From: Prevotella sp. UBA2809
GTDB lineage: Bacteria; Bacteroidota; Bacteroidia; Bacteroidales; Bacteroidaceae
Direction: 5' to 3'
DNA length: 64,000 nt
NCBI GenBank assembly: GCA_002351725.1
Contig: DEHD01000018.1
Coordinates: 10,519 to 74,518, forward strand
Below, in pieces: positions 10,970 through 20,115 of the stretch. A program made the translations under genes and the position numbers. The notes under the pieces are model-generated. The model was not told the origin of the DNA. It made no database searches and saw only the letters and a program-made list of their open reading frames with translations. The first letter of the stretch is position 1. Each line of letters begins with the position of its first letter.

Positions 10970-12889
10970 ATGAAAACGTTGAATAATAAGTTATTCTCTC
11001 CACTATTGGCCGTACTATGGAATCTGTTGTTGGTCTATCTGGTTTATCAGGTAGCCCGAATAGAGTACTGGTTAGAGAATTCAGATTATCTCAACTACAC
11101 CTTCGACGTGTGGCGCGGGGGCTTGATGTTCGACACCTCGGCCATCCTTTATACCAATGCGCTCTATGTGGTGCTGATGCTGTTCCCCTTGCATCTCAAG
11201 GAGACAGCCACTTATCACCGCATCTGCAAGTGGGTATTTGTGATTGTAAACGGACTGGCGCTTGCCATCAATCTGGCCGACTCCGTCTATTTCCGATACA
11301 CCATGAGGCGCACCACCTCTACGGTCTTCGATGAGTTCTCGAGCGAAGGGAACCTTGGCAGCATCATCGGCACCGAATTCCTGAGCCACTGGTATCTGGT
11401 AGTGTTGTTTGCACTCCTGATGGTGTTCCTTTGGAAGTGCTACGCCGCTCCCTCTCTCGATGCCAAGATGCTCAACAAGTGGAAGTACGCTGGCGCCTGC
11501 TTCTTGTCGCTGCTTCTCTTCACCCCCTTCTGCATCGCAGGCATGCGTGGCGGTTTTGCTACAGCCGTACGCCCCATCACCATCTCCAACGCAATGCAAT
11601 ATACCGAGCGCCCCACTGATGCGCCCTTGGTGCTGAACACACCTTTCGCACTGTTGCGCACCATCGATACCAACGTCTTTATGGTTCCCAATTATTTCGA
11701 GAGCGCCCAAGAACTGGAGGCTGTTTACACCCCTGTCCACACGCCCTCCGACTCGCTGCAGATGGACAAGAAGAATGTGGTAGTACTGATTGTCGAGAGC
11801 TTCGGCCGTGAATATATCGGAGCCCTGAATACCACCCTCGAAGATGGCAGATACAAGGGCTATACCCCTTGTGTCGACTCACTCATCCACAAGAGTACCA
11901 CCTTCAGCTACTCTTTTTGTAACGGTCGAAAGAGTATCGACGGTATGCCCAGCATCCTCAGCAGCATCCCGATGTTTGTAGAACCCTTCATCCTCACCCC
12001 TTCGTCCATGAACGACTATACGGGATTGGCAGGCATCTTGGCTCAGGAGGGCTACGAGACTGCCTTTTTCCATGGGGCCCAGAATGGCAGTATGGGCTTT
12101 CAGGCCTTTGCTCAGAAGACGGGTTTCCAGCACTATTACGGACGCACTGAATACGAGGCATCGTGCGGCACCGACGATTTCGATGGCACTTGGGCGATAT
12201 GGGACGAGCCGTTCCTGCAGTTCTTTGCCAACGAGATGAGTCAGATGAAGCAACCCTTCATGACTTCCGTCTTCACCGCCTCCAGTCATCATCCGTTTGC
12301 TATTCCCGAGAAATACAAGCAGCAGTTCCCCGAAGAGGCGCTGGAGATACACAAATGTATCCGTTATACCGACCTCTCGATTGGCCGATTCTTTGAGACG
12401 GCCAGTCTCCAGCCTTGGTTCAAGAACACCATTTTTGTACTGACCAGCGACCATACCAACATGAGCAATCATGCTGAGTATCAGACTGATTTAGGTGGTT
12501 TCTGCTCACCTATCATCATCTTCGACCCCAGTCGTCCCGAAGGTCAGATGCTCGATAAGATTGCCCAGCAGATCGACATTCTCCCCACCCTATTGGGCAT
12601 GCTCCATTACCCCAAACCCTACTTCGGATTTGGTATCGACCTCTTCAACACGCCCCAGGAAGATACCTGGGCTGTGAACTATCTCAACGGCATCTATCAG
12701 TATGTGCGCTATGGCTACGTACTGCAGTTCGACGGCGCAGCCACCACAGGCGTCTATCGCCTCGACGACAGACTGATGAAGCAAAACCTGAAAGGGAAAG
12801 TGGACGTACAACAGCAGATGGAACGTGAGCTGAAAGCCATCATCCAGCAGTATATGGAGCGCATGAAGCAAGACCGCCTGCACCCTTAA
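10970..12889 (+). CDS. LTA synthase (LtaS)-family membrane phosphotransferase, sulfatase fold
   Basis: TM N-terminus, NVVVLIVESF, GRKSIDG, SSHHPF, TSDH. Confidence 0.85.
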   Translation: MKTLNNKLFSPLLAVLWNLLLVYLVYQVARIEYWLENSDYLNYTFDVWRGGLMFDTSAILYTNALYVVLMLFPLHLKETATYHRICKWVFVIVNGLALAINLADSVYFRYTMRRTTSTVFDEFSSEGNLGSIIGTEFLSHWYLVVLFALLMVFLWKCYAAPSLDAKMLNKWKYAGACFLSLLLFTPFCIAGMRGGFATAVRPITISNAMQYTERPTDAPLVLNTPFALLRTIDTNVFMVPNYFESAQELEAVYTPVHTPSDSLQMDKKNVVVLIVESFGREYIGALNTTLEDGRYKGYTPCVDSLIHKSTTFSYSFCNGRKSIDGMPSILSSIPMFVEPFILTPSSMNDYTGLAGILAQEGYETAFFHGAQNGSMGFQAFAQKTGFQHYYGRTEYEASCGTDDFDGTWAIWDEPFLQFFANEMSQMKQPFMTSVFTASSHHPFAIPEKYKQQFPEEALEIHKCIRYTDLSIGRFFETASLQPWFKNTIFVLTSDHTNMSNHAEYQTDLGGFCSPIIIFDPSRPEGQMLDKIAQQIDILPTLLGMLHYPKPYFGFGIDLFNTPQEDTWAVNYLNGIYQYVRYGYVLQFDGAATTGVYRLDDRLMKQNLKGKVDVQQQMERELKAIIQQYMERMKQDRLHP

Positions 12890-13827
12890 CGGTTGGCGGG
12901 ATGATCCTTCGCAATCACTTTACCGTCTATCACCTCAAAACGCTCATTAAACTCCTCGCGGGTACGACTCCAGCGGTTATGACTCCATAACCACATGTCG
13001 GGCGATTGGCAGATGCTCTGCTCCAGCATTTTGAAATAGATATCTGTAATCTCGTAATCCTTCATCTTCTGCGGTTCACGCGTCATCAGCTTGATTTCAG
13101 CCTCATAATAGCCACGACGAACGCGCCGTATATCCAGGAAGAACACCGCATAGTTCATCTTGCGCACAATGCGCTCTGTGCCTGTCAGCACGGGGGTATC
13201 ATGATGCAGAAAGTCCACCCAGTGATGAATATTCACCCAGTGCGGCTTCTGGTCAGAGATGAATCCAATGACCACAGGCGTGTTCTTGCGGCGGTACTCC
13301 ACCACCTTGCGCAAGGTATCCTGCATGGCGATACACTCTGCTCCCAGTCTTTGGCGCAGGCGCAGAAACAGCTTGTCGAAAGCCTTATTCTCGATGGGGT
13401 GATAAATCTGTGCGCAATGCGCCTCGGGCGTAATCCAGAAGGGCAATGACGTCACCCATTCCCAGTTACACAGATGCCCCAGATATATGGCGCACGACTG
13501 TCCGTCGCGTATCGCTTCCTCCAGCAGTTCTGTGCCCTTGAACGTCATGCGCTTGGTGATGTTCTTCTTGCTGATCGTCATCAGCTTCACCGACTCCACC
13601 AGATAGTCACAGAAGAAGTGATAGAATCCCCGCTCAATACGCCTCAGTTCATCCTCATTTTTTTCCGGGAAAGACTCCTTCAGATTCCTTCTTACCACTT
13701 TGATGCGATACCGCATCAGACGGTAAACCAACAGGTAGAGCAAGTATGAGTTCACGTAATGTATTCTCATGGGCAGAAGTGAGAACACATACCAGAACGA
13801 AAGAATAACATAATACAATAATTTCAT
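12886..13827 (-). CDS. lysophospholipid / lipid A acyltransferase (LpxL/HtrB family)
   Basis: GHLCNWE, ISDQKP, WLWSHNRW. Start set at ATG 13827, downstream of the -7 box. Confidence 0.85.
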   Translation of the reverse strand: MKLLYYVILSFWYVFSLLPMRIHYVNSYLLYLLVYRLMRYRIKVVRRNLKESFPEKNEDELRRIERGFYHFFCDYLVESVKLMTISKKNITKRMTFKGTELLEEAIRDGQSCAIYLGHLCNWEWVTSLPFWITPEAHCAQIYHPIENKAFDKLFLRLRQRLGAECIAMQDTLRKVVEYRRKNTPVVIGFISDQKPHWVNIHHWVDFLHHDTPVLTGTERIVRKMNYAVFFLDIRRVRRGYYEAEIKLMTREPQKMKDYEITDIYFKMLEQSICQSPDMWLWSHNRWSRTREEFNERFEVIDGKVIAKDHPANR

Positions 13828-13848
13828 ATTTCGTAGGAATTCCAAATG

Positions 13849-13926
13849 CAAAGTTAGCTATTTAGCCGCACATATGCAAATAATAATTAAAAAAATTGCT
13901 CATATGCTGATATTTCAGTACCTTTG
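13849..13926. promoter_or_regulatory. divergent -7 boxes for the acyltransferase and the aepX operon
   Basis: TAACTTTG on - (13856-13849) and TACCTTTG on + (13919-13926). Confidence 0.7.
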
Positions 13927-13930
13927 CAAT

Positions 13931-15232
13931 ATGAATAAGAGAGTATATTTGGGCATGATAGGTGATATTATGCACCCAGGTTTGATAAACATCATCCATG
14001 AAGGAGCGAAATATGGTGACGTGATGATTGGTCTATTCACTGACAAAGCCATTGCCACCCATCAGCGCCTTCCTTACATGACATACGATCAGCGTAAAAA
14101 CGTTATCGAGAATATCAAAGGCGTCAGCGAGATTGTTCCTCAGGACGAATGGAGCTATGTGCCTAACTTGCTGAAATACCGTCCTGATTACATCATTCAT
14201 GGCGACGACTGGTGCGAGGGTGTCGACTCCGAACTGCGCCAGCAGGTTTTCGACACCATGGAGCAGATAGGCGGCCAAGTCATTGAGATTCCTTATACCA
14301 AAGGCATCAATTCTTCTTCGCTTGATAAGGAAATCAAGAAAATCGGCACCACCCCCGATATTCGTCTGAGGGCCCTGCGCCGACTGATAGCTGCCAAGCC
14401 CATCGTGCGCATCTTGGAGGTTCACGACGGACTGAGTGGTTTAATTGTCGAGAATCTTGAAACCACAAGGGGCACCAGCAAGGTAGCCTTCGATGGCATG
14501 TGGTCGAGTTCTCTCACCGATTCCACCTCGAAAGGCAAGCCCGACATCGAGGCTGTCGACCTGACAACCCGTATGCAGGACCTGAATAACATTCTCGAGT
14601 GCACCACCAAGCCTATCATCTACGATGGTGATACAGGCGGCAAGCCCGAACATTTTGTATTCACCGTCAGAACACTTGAGCGTAACGGCATCTCTGCGGT
14701 GATTATCGAAGATAAAATCGGTCTGAAGAAGAACTCCCTCTTCGGCACCGAAGCCATTCAGACACAGGACACCATCGAGGGTTTCTGCCATAAAATCAGA
14801 ATGGGCAAGGAGGCACAGATTACCAAAGACTTCATGATTATCGCCCGCTGCGAGAGTCTCATCGCAGGCAAAGATGTGGCCGACGCCCTGCAGCGCTGTC
14901 TGGCTTATGTCGATGCTGGTGCCGACGGCATCATGATTCACTCCAAAGAGAAGACGGGCGAAGATATCAAAGCCTTCTGTCAGGCCTTCCGCCAGCATCA
15001 TCCCGCCGTGCCCATTGTGGTGGTACCCACTACCTATAACCACATCAAGGAGAGCGAGCTGGCAGAATGGGGCGTCAATGTAGTGATCTACGCCAACCAT
15101 ATGCTGCGTGCAGCCTATCCGGCCATGATGAAGTGCGCCGAGAGTATTCTGCAGAACGAGCGCTCGTTAGAGGCAAACCCACTGTGTATGCCTATCAAGG
15201 AGATATTAGAATTAATACCCGGAACAAAATAA
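13931..15232 (+). CDS. aepX: phosphoenolpyruvate mutase with N-terminal cytidylyltransferase-like domain
   Basis: Diagnostic PepM motif EDKxxxxxNS (EDKIGLKKNS), DGDTGG; N-terminal DIMHPG...HGDDW nucleotidyltransferase-like domain. Confidence 0.95.
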   Translation: MNKRVYLGMIGDIMHPGLINIIHEGAKYGDVMIGLFTDKAIATHQRLPYMTYDQRKNVIENIKGVSEIVPQDEWSYVPNLLKYRPDYIIHGDDWCEGVDSELRQQVFDTMEQIGGQVIEIPYTKGINSSSLDKEIKKIGTTPDIRLRALRRLIAAKPIVRILEVHDGLSGLIVENLETTRGTSKVAFDGMWSSSLTDSTSKGKPDIEAVDLTTRMQDLNNILECTTKPIIYDGDTGGKPEHFVFTVRTLERNGISAVIIEDKIGLKKNSLFGTEAIQTQDTIEGFCHKIRMGKEAQITKDFMIIARCESLIAGKDVADALQRCLAYVDAGADGIMIHSKEKTGEDIKAFCQAFRQHHPAVPIVVVPTTYNHIKESELAEWGVNVVIYANHMLRAAYPAMMKCAESILQNERSLEANPLCMPIKEILELIPGTK

Positions 15233-16410
15233 TGATACGTGCATCTTTTTTCTATCAGGAGCTGGCAGCTTACGGCATCAACTTCTACACAGGCGTGCCC
15301 GATTCTTTGTTGAAGAATCTCTGCGCCTATGTCACCGATCATGCCGACCATCATATCATCGCAGCCAACGAAGGCGGCGCCATGGGTATAGCAGCTGGTC
15401 ATTACCTGGCCACCGGTCAGATTCCTGTTGTGTATATGCAGAATTCAGGCGAGGGCAACATCATCAACCCGTTGGCCTCGCTCGTCGATAAGGAAGTGTA
15501 TAACATCCCCGTGCTTTTAGTGATTGGCTGGCGCGGCAAGCCTGGTGTTCACGACGAGCCCCAGCATGTAAAACAGGGCAAGGTAACCCTCTCTCTCTTA
15601 GAGACGATGGGCATTCCCTATAGCGTTCTTTCGAAAGAAGAGCACGAGGCCAGCCTTCAGATCAAGCAGGCTGTCGAGTCGATGCAGCAGTCGAAGGAGT
15701 GCTACGCACTGATCATCGAGAAAGACACCTTTGAGCCCTATCAGCTGTCAACGGTCACCGCCCATCCAGAGCTGTCGCTGTCGCGAGAAGAAGCCATCGG
15801 CATCGTTGCTTCCGCCATCGGTCCGAAAGATGTGATTGTATCCACCACCGGTATGATCAGTCGCGAGCTCTTTGAGTATCGCACCCGTAACCATCAAGGC
15901 CACGAGCGCGATTTCCTCACCGTAGGTTCTATGGGCCACGCCTCTCAGATTGCCTTGGGCATCGCCTTAGAGAAGCCCGACCGCCGCGTGTGGTGTTTCG
16001 ATGGCGACGGTGCTGCCATCATGCACTTAGGTGGGATGGCCATCGTAGGCAGTCAGGCACCAGGCAATTATGTTCACGTGGTGTTTAATAATGGGGCGCA
16101 CGATAGTGTAGGCGGACAGCCTACAGTAGGGTTGGATATCGACTTGCCCACCATCGCCAAGGCCGCTGGATACAAGCAGGTGGTGAGTGTTTCCTCTAAG
16201 GAGGAATTGGAGAGATGTCTCGACTTCTTGCGTCCTTTCAGTAGCAAGCGACCAGAGGTCGAGCGCGCTCGACATGACAATGATGGGGGAAACTTCTCAC
16301 CTCTACTCTTAGAAATAAGAGTACAGAAGGGTAATCGCAAGGACTTGGGGCGGCCCACTACTACCCCCATCGAGAACAAGGAAGCCCTGATGGATTTTTT
16401 AAAGCAATAA
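15232..16410 (+). CDS. aepY: phosphonopyruvate decarboxylase
   Basis: GVPDSLL, MQNSG, DEPQH, GSMGH, ThDP motif DGDGA...NN, GRP. ATG overlaps the aepX stop. Confidence 0.93.
   Translation: MIRASFFYQELAAYGINFYTGVPDSLLKNLCAYVTDHADHHIIAANEGGAMGIAAGHYLATGQIPVVYMQNSGEGNIINPLASLVDKEVYNIPVLLVIGWRGKPGVHDEPQHVKQGKVTLSLLETMGIPYSVLSKEEHEASLQIKQAVESMQQSKECYALIIEKDTFEPYQLSTVTAHPELSLSREEAIGIVASAIGPKDVIVSTTGMISRELFEYRTRNHQGHERDFLTVGSMGHASQIALGIALEKPDRRVWCFDGDGAAIMHLGGMAIVGSQAPGNYVHVVFNNGAHDSVGGQPTVGLDIDLPTIAKAAGYKQVVSVSSKEELERCLDFLRPFSSKRPEVERARHDNDGGNFSPLLLEIRVQKGNRKDLGRPTTTPIENKEALMDFLKQ
16213..16279. repeat. REP-like palindromic element within aepY, in frame
   Basis: AGATGTCTCGACT...GCTCGACATGACA with internal hairpins; related element at 20517-20578. 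Confidence 0.65.
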
Positions 16411-16413
16411 CAC

Positions 16414-17547
16414 ATGGAGTCACTCACTATCAAACGAAACATACTGCTGAATCCTGGTCCCGCCACTACCACCGATACGGTGAAGATGGCACAAGTGGTG
16501 CCTGATATCTGTCCACGCGAACAGGATTTTGCCAAGCTCATGAAAGGTCTGCGTTCAGACCTTCTGAAGGTGGTTCATGCCCCTGCAGACCAATATACAT
16601 CTGTGCTGTTTTGCGGCTCAGGAACCATCAATATCGATATCTGTATCAACTCGCTGGTACCCGAAGGCAAAAAGATTCTGGTAGTCAACAATGGTGCCTA
16701 TAACACCCGCGCCGTCGAGGTTTGTCAGATGTACCATATTCCCCACATCAACCTCCAGTCGAGCGTGTTCGAGCAGCCCGATCTGGCCGCCGTCGAGCAG
16801 ACGCTGAAGGAGAATCCCGATGTGGCTGTGGTGTATTGCTGTCACCACGAAACGGGCACAGGCGTTCTCAATCCCATCCGCGAGATAGGAGCCCTGGCCC
16901 ACCAGTATGGCGCCATCTTCATCACCGACACCACGTCTACCCTGGGCATGATTCCCCTCGATGTGGTGAACGATAACGTCGATTTCTGCATGGCCTCCGC
17001 CCAGAAGGGACTGATGGCCATGTCGGGCTTGTCGTTTATCATTGGTCGCGAGGATATCATCAAGGCCTCACAGCACTACCCCACCCGCTCTTATTACTGC
17101 AATCTGTATCTGCAGTACGAGTACTTTGAAAAGACGGGCGAGATGCATTTCACGCCCCCTGTCCAGACCATCTATGCCACCATACAGGCCCTGAAGGAGT
17201 ATTTTGCCGAAGGCGAGACCGCCAAGTTCGCCCGCCATCGTCGCGTTTACGAAGCCATTCATCAGGGCCTCGACGCCTTAGGTTTCCAGACCGTCATCGA
17301 CCGTCGTATCGAATCCGGACTGGTGGTATCGGTGAAATACCCCGACGACCCCAACTGGAGCTTTGAGCAGATTCACGATTACTGCTACGAGCGCGGATTC
17401 ACCATCTATCCAGGCAAGATATCTACCACCAACACCTTCCGTCTTTGTGCCTTAGGCGCCATCGACGTCAAGGATATCGAGGACTTCTTTGTGGTGCTGA
17501 AAGAGGCGCTGAACCATTACCATATCAAGTTAGTCTATCATGCTTAG
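16414..17547 (+). CDS. aepZ: 2-aminoethylphosphonate aminotransferase (PLP class V)
   Basis: LLNPGP, HHETGTG, SAQKG, FTPP, GFTIYPGK; follows aepX-aepY. Confidence 0.9.
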   Translation: MESLTIKRNILLNPGPATTTDTVKMAQVVPDICPREQDFAKLMKGLRSDLLKVVHAPADQYTSVLFCGSGTINIDICINSLVPEGKKILVVNNGAYNTRAVEVCQMYHIPHINLQSSVFEQPDLAAVEQTLKENPDVAVVYCCHHETGTGVLNPIREIGALAHQYGAIFITDTTSTLGMIPLDVVNDNVDFCMASAQKGLMAMSGLSFIIGREDIIKASQHYPTRSYYCNLYLQYEYFEKTGEMHFTPPVQTIYATIQALKEYFAEGETAKFARHRRVYEAIHQGLDALGFQTVIDRRIESGLVVSVKYPDDPNWSFEQIHDYCYERGFTIYPGKISTTNTFRLCALGAIDVKDIEDFFVVLKEALNHYHIKLVYHA

Positions 17548-18271
17548 AAAAGTAACTACAGCCATCATTATGGCAGCCGGTATGGGCACCCGCTTCGGCC
17601 ATAAGACCGACGATATGCCCAAGGGCTTTATCGAGGTGGGCGGCGTTTCCATGATCGAGCGCTCTGTTCAGACCCTGATTGATTGCGGCATCACGCGCAT
17701 CATCATCGGCGTGGGCTATCATCAGGAGGCCTATCGCCAACTGCAGCAACGGTTTCCGCAGATAGAATGCGTTGAGAACCCCATCTATGCCGACACCAAC
17801 AGCATGTACACCCTGTTCTGCTGTCGCACGGCTCTGGGCCCTGACGAGGACTTTCTGTTGCTCGAGAGCGACCTGGTTTTCGAGCATCGCGCCATCGAGG
17901 CCCTGATGACCTGCGAGCAGCCCGATGTGATGCTCATCACGCCCGTCACCAAGTTTCAGGACCAGTATTATGTAGAGAGCGACAGCCACCATATTCTCAC
18001 CCGCTGCTCCGTCAACAAAGAAGAGCTGCAAGCCAAAGGCGAGCTGGTGGGTATTCATAAGCTGTCGGCCCCGTTCTTCGCCAAGATGGCTGCCGACTAC
18101 GAGCGCCAACTGCCCCTCAACCGCAAGCTGGGCTACGAATACCAGCTGCTCCACATGTCGCAATCGGGCAGTCCTGTCTACGTGCTTTGTGAAGAAGGAT
18201 TGGCCTGGTACGAGATCGACGACGAGCAAGACCTTGCTTACGCAGAAAAGAATATCATCAATCGCATTTAG
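17540..18271 (+). CDS. LicC/PntC-family cytidylyltransferase (probable AEP-activating)
   Basis: AIIMAAGMGTRF...PKG, ESDL, WYEIDD. Confidence 0.85.
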   Translation: MLRKVTTAIIMAAGMGTRFGHKTDDMPKGFIEVGGVSMIERSVQTLIDCGITRIIIGVGYHQEAYRQLQQRFPQIECVENPIYADTNSMYTLFCCRTALGPDEDFLLLESDLVFEHRAIEALMTCEQPDVMLITPVTKFQDQYYVESDSHHILTRCSVNKEELQAKGELVGIHKLSAPFFAKMAADYERQLPLNRKLGYEYQLLHMSQSGSPVYVLCEEGLAWYEIDDEQDLAYAEKNIINRI

Positions 18272-18274
18272 CTT

Positions 18275-19105
18275 ATGCCAGCATACAGTATCAAAGAATT
18301 ACAACAGCACATCATCCCCATCCTCCTGGATGTCGATCGTGTGTGCCGCGAACACAATATCCGTTGCTACATCTGCGACGGCACCATGCTGGGCGCCGTC
18401 CGTCATGGCGGTTTCATTCCCTGGGACGACGACATCGATGTCTGCATGCCCCGCCCCGACTACGAGCGCTTCATGCAGCACGCCAAGGAGTGGTTGCCCG
18501 AACGCCTGGAGGCCATCTGTGCCGAGAACGACGAAGACTACCCTTTCCCCTTTGGCAAGATACAAGACAATACCACCACGCTGATAGAGCGCATGCATAT
18601 CGACTATATGGGCGGCCTCTATATCGATGTGTTCCCCATCGACGGCATGCCCCAGAGCAAGTTGCTTCAGGAGCTCCAGCTGTGGCGCTACGAGTACTAC
18701 AAGAAGGTGCTCTACTTCCTGCATCGCGACCCCTACAAGCATGGTCGCGGTCCCAGCTCATGGATTCCGCTGCTCTGTCGCAAGCTCTATTCGCGCACCC
18801 GTCTGCAGCAGAAAATCAAGCGCCTCATGTGCAAGTACGATTACGAGCAGTCGCCCATGACCGTGAATTTCGACGATGGTCATCGTGGCGTCATGCCCAA
18901 GGAGCTCTACGGCGCCCCTACGCCTATCCGCTTCGAGGGTCATGAGGTGATGGGTGTAGCCCATCCTCACGAGTACCTCAGCTGCACCTATGGCGAGTAT
19001 ATGGTCATCCCCAAGCAGGAGCACCAGCGCACCCACAACTTCCAGTATCTCGACTACCATCTTCCCTACAAGGAGTATTCCGACAACAGGACATTCATCA
19101 GATAA
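18275..19105 (+). CDS. LicD-family phosphotransferase
   Basis: GTMLGAVRHGGFIPWDDDIDV, IDVFPID, YLSCTYG. Confidence 0.92.
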   Translation: MPAYSIKELQQHIIPILLDVDRVCREHNIRCYICDGTMLGAVRHGGFIPWDDDIDVCMPRPDYERFMQHAKEWLPERLEAICAENDEDYPFPFGKIQDNTTTLIERMHIDYMGGLYIDVFPIDGMPQSKLLQELQLWRYEYYKKVLYFLHRDPYKHGRGPSSWIPLLCRKLYSRTRLQQKIKRLMCKYDYEQSPMTVNFDDGHRGVMPKELYGAPTPIRFEGHEVMGVAHPHEYLSCTYGEYMVIPKQEHQRTHNFQYLDYHLPYKEYSDNRTFIR

Positions 19106-19107
19106 CA

Positions 19108-20115
19108 ATGAACCGCAAAATATACTATCTGTTCCACAGTGGCAAGAACTGCAAGTTCCTCTACTACCTCCGGAGTTATCTTCGCGAGGCGATGCCCCGC
19201 TGGTGCACACAGATACAACTCAAGCCACTGTTGGCCAAGCTCGACGACCGTCCTGACAAGGCGTATATCCTGGAGCGCGTGAACTATTACAACAAGCTCA
19301 CGCCCACCTCGCCCATCGATGCCACGCTGTGGCAGGAGCGGGCTGTAGAGGTGTGCAAGCAGCCCATGACCAACCAGTCGACCTACTACCACGATGCGAT
19401 GGAGATAGCGCGCTATTTCAGCGGCCATCTCAAGTGGATGCTGCGCCATGGCGACATCGTCACCCTGCTGCCCCTGCCCACCATCCTCAAAAGCCGTCCG
19501 CTGGGCAACAACAATCAGAATTCCGTCATTCTCAAGCTCGATAAAGTGCGCCATTTCCTGTTCGTCAACGATACCAAGTCGTGGCGCGACAAGAAGAACA
19601 TGGCCATCTTCCGAGGCGATATAGGCAACGAGGCTAATGGCGACGACAAGCCTAACCGCCGTGTTTTCATGAACCGATGGAAGGACCACCCGATGGTGGA
19701 TGCCGCCTCGACCGATTTGGTCGACGACCACCCCGAATGGCGCCGCGAGAAACTCACTATCGGCGAGCATCTCGACTATAAGTTCATCATGTCGCTCGAG
19801 GGCAACGATGTGGCCTCCAACCTCAAATGGGTCATGTCGTCCAACTCCATTGCCGTCACCCCTCGCCCCACCTGCGAGACCTGGTTCATGGAGGGTACCC
19901 TCATCCCCAACTACCATTACATCGAGGTGAAGCCCGACTTCTCCGACCTTGAGGAGCGCCTGCAATATTACATCGCCCACCCTGTCGAGGCCGAAGCCAT
20001 CATCCAGCATGCCCACGAGTATGTCAGTCAGTTCCGCGACAAGAAGCGCGAGCAGCTCATATCGCTCCTGGTGCTGAAGAAGTATTTTGAAATAACCAAC
20101 AAGGTAGAGCTATGA
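19108..20115 (+). CDS. glycosyltransferase family 90-like (LpsA-type LPS biosynthesis protein)
   Basis: FRG, YKFIMSLEGNDVASNLKW, ETWFMEG. Confidence 0.8.
   Translation: MNRKIYYLFHSGKNCKFLYYLRSYLREAMPRWCTQIQLKPLLAKLDDRPDKAYILERVNYYNKLTPTSPIDATLWQERAVEVCKQPMTNQSTYYHDAMEIARYFSGHLKWMLRHGDIVTLLPLPTILKSRPLGNNNQNSVILKLDKVRHFLFVNDTKSWRDKKNMAIFRGDIGNEANGDDKPNRRVFMNRWKDHPMVDAASTDLVDDHPEWRREKLTIGEHLDYKFIMSLEGNDVASNLKWVMSSNSIAVTPRPTCETWFMEGTLIPNYHYIEVKPDFSDLEERLQYYIAHPVEAEAIIQHAHEYVSQFRDKKREQLISLLVLKKYFEITNKVEL

Noticed and set aside
13828-13930. Invertible (phase-variable) promoter before the phosphonate operon
   Set aside because: The apparent symmetry is explained by two divergent -7 boxes and start codons; there are no long flanking inverted repeats and no recombinase nearby.
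15067-15231. Extended N-termini given by the ORF track for aepY (and dgt, aepX, acyltransferase, GT2, nuclease, nnr, cobB)
   Set aside because: The extensions overlap upstream genes, promoter boxes or terminators; downstream ATGs fit family N-termini better.
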